From Candidatus Kapaibacterium sp. (GTDB lineage: Bacteria > Bacteroidota > Ignavibacteria > Kapaibacteriales > UBA2268): a stretch of 64,000 nucleotides of DNA. Position 1 is the stretch's first letter, and each line of letters opens with the position of its first letter. Below, piece after piece: positions 59,580-64,000 of the stretch. A program made the translations under genes and the position numbers. The notes below the pieces were generated by a model. That model was not told the DNA's origin. It made no database searches and saw nothing but the letters and a program-made list of their open reading frames with translations. The DNA lies in contig OY762428.1 in NCBI GenBank assembly GCA_963665665.1, positions 288,001 to 352,000 of the forward strand. Direction: 5' to 3'.

Positions 59580-59915
59580 ATGCCGACATATCTGTACAAA
59601 TGCAGGAAATGTGAAAGAGAATTTCAGGTTGAACAAAGAATAACAGAGGATGCTCTGACAGAGTGTATCCTTGAGGATGAAAACGGTAATAAATGTGGAG
59701 GCGAAGTTTTCCGCAAGATCAGCCGGAATGTTGGTTTGATATTTAACGGAAGCGGATTTTACCTGACTGATTATGCCAATAAAAAAGGCTCGACTGCTTC
59801 GAACGGAACAAACGGACATAATGGGAACAGCAGCTCTAAGAAAAACGGAAGTACAGAAAAAACCGAAACAAAAGCAAAAACCGAGACAAAATCCCCTGCT
59901 AAATCAGAAGCATAA
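59580..59915 (+). CDS. FmdB family zinc-ribbon protein
   Basis: MPTYLYKCRKC...C...CGG...FNGSGFYLTDY, low-complexity tail. Confidence 0.9.
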   Translation: MPTYLYKCRKCEREFQVEQRITEDALTECILEDENGNKCGGEVFRKISRNVGLIFNGSGFYLTDYANKKGSTASNGTNGHNGNSSSKKNGSTEKTETKAKTETKSPAKSEA

Positions 59916-59933
59916 AAATTATTTATAATAAAC

Positions 59934-59968
59934 AACCTTCCAGATTTTCATATCATGGAAGGTTATTT
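59934..59968. terminator. Hairpin between convergent genes
   Basis: AACCTTCCA...TGGAAGGTT. Confidence 0.6.
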
Positions 59969-59986
59969 GTTTAATATATTAAGTGA

Positions 59987-60610
59987 TCAATAAATCGCAT
60001 CTTCAAGGAAATCAACTTTTCCACTGTCCATATCATACATCGCTCCTACAACTGCCAGCTTTTTTTCTTTAACGAATTTTGCTAAAAGCTCGCTTCTTTC
60101 AACAGATCTTTTCATTTGAAAAAGGGTATTTTCCTTTACAACTGTATTAACATCAACTTCTTTGCCGCCATTTTTCTTAATTGCTATTTTCATAGCCGGC
60201 TTAATGGAATCAATTATCCTGTTCAGGAAATGAGATCCTGTAGCTCCGGCAAGAGTATCAGTTACAGCTCCGCAGCTTGTATGGCCGAGCACTACAAACA
60301 GGGGAGCGCCAAGGTGCTCTGCTGCGTATTCAATACTTCCGATAGCAGTTGTTCCTATTACATTTCCGGCTTTTCTGATGATGAAGCATTCGCCTATCTC
60401 TTCGTCAAAAATATAATGCGGAACAACTCTCGAATCCGAACATGTGAGTACAATAATATCCGGATTCTGGCCTTTTAGCAAAGCTTTTCTTTGAAGCTGA
60501 AAGTCCTGGTTAATTCTTGTGTTGGCAACAAATCTGGCATTTCCTTCTTTCAGGTGGGCAATTAGTTCGCCCTGTCTGCCGCCAAGATCTTTAATGTTTT
60601 TGAATTCCAT
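59987..60610 (-). CDS. Beta-class carbonic anhydrase
   Basis: EGNARF, GQNP, CSDSRV, AGN, LGHTSCGAV. Confidence 0.95.
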   Translation of the reverse strand: MEFKNIKDLGGRQGELIAHLKEGNARFVANTRINQDFQLQRKALLKGQNPDIIVLTCSDSRVVPHYIFDEEIGECFIIRKAGNVIGTTAIGSIEYAAEHLGAPLFVVLGHTSCGAVTDTLAGATGSHFLNRIIDSIKPAMKIAIKKNGGKEVDVNTVVKENTLFQMKRSVERSELLAKFVKEKKLAVVGAMYDMDSGKVDFLEDAIY

Positions 60611-60646
60611 AATTATTCCTATTTTTATCAACGTAAAAAATTAATA

Positions 60647-61960
60647 TTATCTTCCTAAAGTGCCGGAAAGGTTATTCCAGGCAATTCCAATCAGCGAGTA
60701 GTATCCGCCGAAGTCAATTTCTTTGTAATACACAAATCCCAGCCATGTATGGCGTGTCGTAACAGTGTTTCCTTCATATTCATCGGTCGATAATCTTTCT
60801 ACCCTGTTGTTTCTTTCGTTGTATCTTCCTGTAAAATACAAATAATTATGCCTTGCCCTTCTTACCCATTGCCGCAATATATAAAGCCTGCTTTCCTCAT
60901 CATAGAACATTCGCCAGTTTCTGTCAGGTTTCCAGTTGTTGAAAGATCCGCTAACGTAAACATCATCCCTTGAAACAAGTCCGTCAGGATCCAGAACAAA
61001 CTCAACGTAAACATATTCGTCATACGAATGAGTAATCATTCCCGAGTACATTGCGCCGTCGTCATCTGATTCAAGAAAGGATCCGGTACGCCTGAGGTCA
61101 GAGAAAGGTATTCTAACCGGATCCGAAATTCTCGGAAATTCAGCCAGATTAGCCATATCGAGGATTCTGTAACCGTTTTCAGCCGGAATCTGTCGTATAT
61201 TAAAACGCTTTTCCATTCCCGAAAAACCTCCTATATTTCTATCAAACCGGTAACGATAAAGTTTTTCATTAATGTCCGCGTCATATTCCGAAGAAACAAC
61301 ATAGGGTTCGTTCCATCTGTTATTCCTGTAGAATGTAACTGTACTGAGCCGGTTGTCGATTATACCGTGGGTACTGGCTGTAATAAGTTCAAGGTTGAAT
61401 GCTGAAGATGTAACATTCATGTCAGGTTCGTACATATCCGAATAGATTGCCAGGCGCGATTCTATTTTCGGGCTGAAAACAAAAAATCTTCCTTCGGCAA
61501 GCGGTGTTTCACTGTCGTAATCCTCATAGATCAATACTTTCCAATTTCCCGGATATTTAAATTGCACAGTTGAATTAGGGACTTGCAGATGTCCCCGGTA
61601 AGTATAATTCCTGGCAGAAACCGGCGCTGAAACCCAGTCAATATTTGAAGTACTGGAAAATGCCTGATTGTTTATAAAAGCATTTTCGGTTTTATTCCAA
61701 TTAATGTCGCAGTGTATGAATTTTGCGTATAATCCGGGTAAAGATCGTGAATCGACATCAATTTCAATAGTGATGTATTCGCTTCCGATATCAGTTTCAA
61801 TATTGCTGTCATTACTTAATAAAACAACCGGAGGCAAGAGTTCGTTATCACCGCCATATATTCTAAGAAACTTCACGGAAGGAGATACTTCCGGTATTTC
61901 CTGCCCAAATCCCTGAATGAATTGAAAAAATAATATTATGATAGCAAGAACGAATTTCAA
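60647..61960 (-). CDS. DUF5103 protein (T9SS plug-like) with C-terminal E-set/CBM48-like domain
   Basis: Signal peptide; HCDINW...YTY..PGNW; VYVSGSFNNW...YLY...EGN pattern. Confidence 0.65.
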   Translation of the reverse strand: MKFVLAIIILFFQFIQGFGQEIPEVSPSVKFLRIYGGDNELLPPVVLLSNDSNIETDIGSEYITIEIDVDSRSLPGLYAKFIHCDINWNKTENAFINNQAFSSTSNIDWVSAPVSARNYTYRGHLQVPNSTVQFKYPGNWKVLIYEDYDSETPLAEGRFFVFSPKIESRLAIYSDMYEPDMNVTSSAFNLELITASTHGIIDNRLSTVTFYRNNRWNEPYVVSSEYDADINEKLYRYRFDRNIGGFSGMEKRFNIRQIPAENGYRILDMANLAEFPRISDPVRIPFSDLRRTGSFLESDDDGAMYSGMITHSYDEYVYVEFVLDPDGLVSRDDVYVSGSFNNWKPDRNWRMFYDEESRLYILRQWVRRARHNYLYFTGRYNERNNRVERLSTDEYEGNTVTTRHTWLGFVYYKEIDFGGYYSLIGIAWNNLSGTLGR

Positions 61961-62003
61961 TTTTTATCTCCAATTATTGTCATAAATTGAAGATAAGAAT
62001 TTT

Positions 62004-62666
62004 TTACCGGATATTGAAGAGATAAATAAATCCCAACTGAACAGAAGCCGCCCTCGGATTAAAATCATCAGTTATCGGATCGGATTGTTCCGGTATTATT
62101 TCTGCCAGTGGGTCATTTTCTCTGTAATTATCGTAAATACCATTCAACATATACCCGGCTTTCAGAAAAATATGAAGGGCTCCGGTTTCATCCTCGAAGA
62201 GAGGATAGTGACCGCCAATTCTGAATTCAGCCAGCATATTAAGTGTTTCAGTGTCAATTTCACGGTCAAAATCAGCTGCCATAGGCAAACCGAAGTTAAA
62301 ACCGAAACTAAAATATCCAAAAATAAATTCCGGGGCGAAAGTCAGATACGAATAGGAGTGTTTGAATGCTTCGTCGTCAATATGGCGTATAATATTGTAA
62401 GAGTAAGTGCTGTACCCCAGGCTGAATGAAAGCTTAAGATCACTCTCGGCAGAAAGTGAAGACTGTACGGTCATTCCAAAATCAGGTAGTGAATTTATGG
62501 TAAAACCATTCCTGCGCCCCGATGGGGTATCAACTCCGTTCACACCGGCTTTCAGAGACAAATAAGGGCCTGTTTCGAGAAATATATCATTATCCGCCGA
62601 AAATAGATTTATCTGCAGGCAGAAAAATAAAATCAGTGTCAAAATTTTCAGATAGATATTTTTCAT
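62004..62666 (-). CDS. Outer-membrane beta-barrel protein (small barrel, PorT-like)
   Basis: Signal peptide, LKAGVN, alternating strands, C-terminal SVQLGFIYLF. Confidence 0.7.
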   Translation of the reverse strand: MKNIYLKILTLILFFCLQINLFSADNDIFLETGPYLSLKAGVNGVDTPSGRRNGFTINSLPDFGMTVQSSLSAESDLKLSFSLGYSTYSYNIIRHIDDEAFKHSYSYLTFAPEFIFGYFSFGFNFGLPMAADFDREIDTETLNMLAEFRIGGHYPLFEDETGALHIFLKAGYMLNGIYDNYRENDPLAEIIPEQSDPITDDFNPRAASVQLGFIYLFNIR

Positions 62667-62882
62667 TGCAATTACCCAATAATTTTCAATTTGTTGATAT
62701 TCAGCCAATATTCGATTAAAAATTTCAATATTTCTTTTACCGAAAAAAATCAATCCGGATGTAAAATATTTTATATCATATATTTATAAAAAATAAAAAA
62801 ATCATATAACTACCAAAATTAAAGGCTGTTATCAACCTTTTACTTCAGTAGAAAAGAGAATCAAAAACCGTGCTAAATATTA

Positions 62883-63659
62883 TTAATTATTTTGGGGTAA
62901 AGATAATTTTATCGTTTCAATTTGCCCCGACAAAGATCCGGCTTTTTCTGAAAATTCGCTGCCGGGAAACCTTTTCTGATAAATATCAATAAGTCCTTCC
63001 GCCTCATCTAATCTGCGTAATCTGATTAAGATATCAATCTTGCCATAGAATGCAGGCTCAAAATACTCTGTGTCAGGGTAGTCATCAATCACCGAATCAA
63101 AATAAATCAAAGATGAATGATAAGAATAAAGCTTTGTATATAAAATTGCAGTGGAATATTCCCTGTGAGCAAGTTTATTTCTTAGTTCAGAAATATATTT
63201 GTCCGCTCCGTTTGCAAGTGAGTCGCTCGGGTAAAGCCTTTGGAACAGGTTGAAAGCATCAATAGCTTTATGTGTATATTCCTGGTCACGTTCGTATGAA
63301 GGGGATAATTCGTAAAAACTGATAGCTGCTTTGTACAAACTGGGTTTTACGTATTCACTGCTCGGATAAATAGACCGCAACCTGCTGTAATTAAATGCTG
63401 CAAGAATAAATTGCTCCATTTTGAAATTAATCTCTGCTAAGTAATATTGAGCGTCATCTGCATACTGACTGGCCGGATATTGCAATTTGATAACATCAAA
63501 AAGTTTTCTGGCTTCCAGGAATTCTTCCTCGTTAAAAAGGTCTACGGCTTTCAGGTAAACTTCCTGGGCAGTTTTTGGTACCTGTGTTCCTGATGACCCG
63601 CAAGATTGAAAAAAACATGTGCTCACAAATAATAAAGCCAGAAATAGCTTGAATCTCAT
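62883..63659 (-). CDS. bamD: Outer membrane protein assembly factor BamD
   Basis: Lipobox FQSC, TPR repeats, YP.S.Y motifs, RDQEYT. Confidence 0.9.
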   Translation of the reverse strand: MRFKLFLALLFVSTCFFQSCGSSGTQVPKTAQEVYLKAVDLFNEEEFLEARKLFDVIKLQYPASQYADDAQYYLAEINFKMEQFILAAFNYSRLRSIYPSSEYVKPSLYKAAISFYELSPSYERDQEYTHKAIDAFNLFQRLYPSDSLANGADKYISELRNKLAHREYSTAILYTKLYSYHSSLIYFDSVIDDYPDTEYFEPAFYGKIDILIRLRRLDEAEGLIDIYQKRFPGSEFSEKAGSLSGQIETIKLSLPQNN

Positions 63660-63862
63660 ATCAAATCCCGATTATTCATTTTCAATGTGTCAATATCATA
63701 AAATCCGGATATTCCGGAAAATATATCTACAAATTTACATTTTAATTAAATAAGTTTAAAAAAAATGTACTCCATATAGACAAATAGATGAGGAAAAAAT
63801 TTGATTTAGATGAAAATTACTCTTATTTTCAATAAAAATTTTAAACTTTTAAAGATAATACA

Positions 63863-64000
63863 ATGAGCAGCGAACAATTTTTAGTATTTGATATTGAAAC
63901 AATCCCGCAGGATTACGATTCTTTTTCGGAATCCCAGCAGGAATATATATTGCGCCGCGCCGAAACCGAAGAGGAAAAAGAAAAAAAACTCGGTGAAATG
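63863..64000 (+). CDS. DEDD 3'-5' exonuclease (PolB-exo-like), 5' part (runs off window end)
   Basis: Manual translation MSSEQFLVFDIETIPQD..., ExoI motif VFDIET. Confidence 0.75.
   Translation, partial: MSSEQFLVFDIETIPQDYDSFSESQQEYILRRAETEEEKEKKLGEM

Overview
AT-rich bacterial chromosome segment. T9SS cargo with C-terminal sorting domains, a DUF5103 protein and the gene styles point to the Bacteroidota/Chlorobi/Ignavibacteria group (Kapabacteria-like; inferred, not verified). Most of it is housekeeping: dxr (partial), RNase E/G, SRP RNA, tRNA-Arg(UCU), tRNA-Ser(CGA), rsgA, recJ, a Dna2-like nuclease-helicase, mnmA, rpmB, pcm, miaA, mfd, hflX, recN, nuoGHI, xth, a DnaJ/CbpA protein, alr, trpS, a carbonic anhydrase and bamD. 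Four things stand out. (1) A five-gene operon (40648-45069): a frameshifted outer-membrane beta-barrel, a Tat-lipoprotein 2x[4Fe-4S] ferredoxin, a Tat-lipoprotein polyferredoxin with 14 cluster motifs, a small exported protein and an ArsP/DUF318-type permease; this is a candidate porin-polyferredoxin iron-sulfur electron conduit. (2) A ~445-nt ORF-free, G-U-rich multi-domain structured RNA-like element (5378-5823) bracketed exactly by a 14-bp direct repeat. (3) An octaheme tetrathionate reductase / cytochrome b / 2xYeeE operon with a Cys-rich MerR regulator and a SoxY-like GGC tail. (4) Two tandem paralogous 62-aa orphan proteins between hflX and mfd. All family calls come from motif recognition by eye; no database search or folding program was run.
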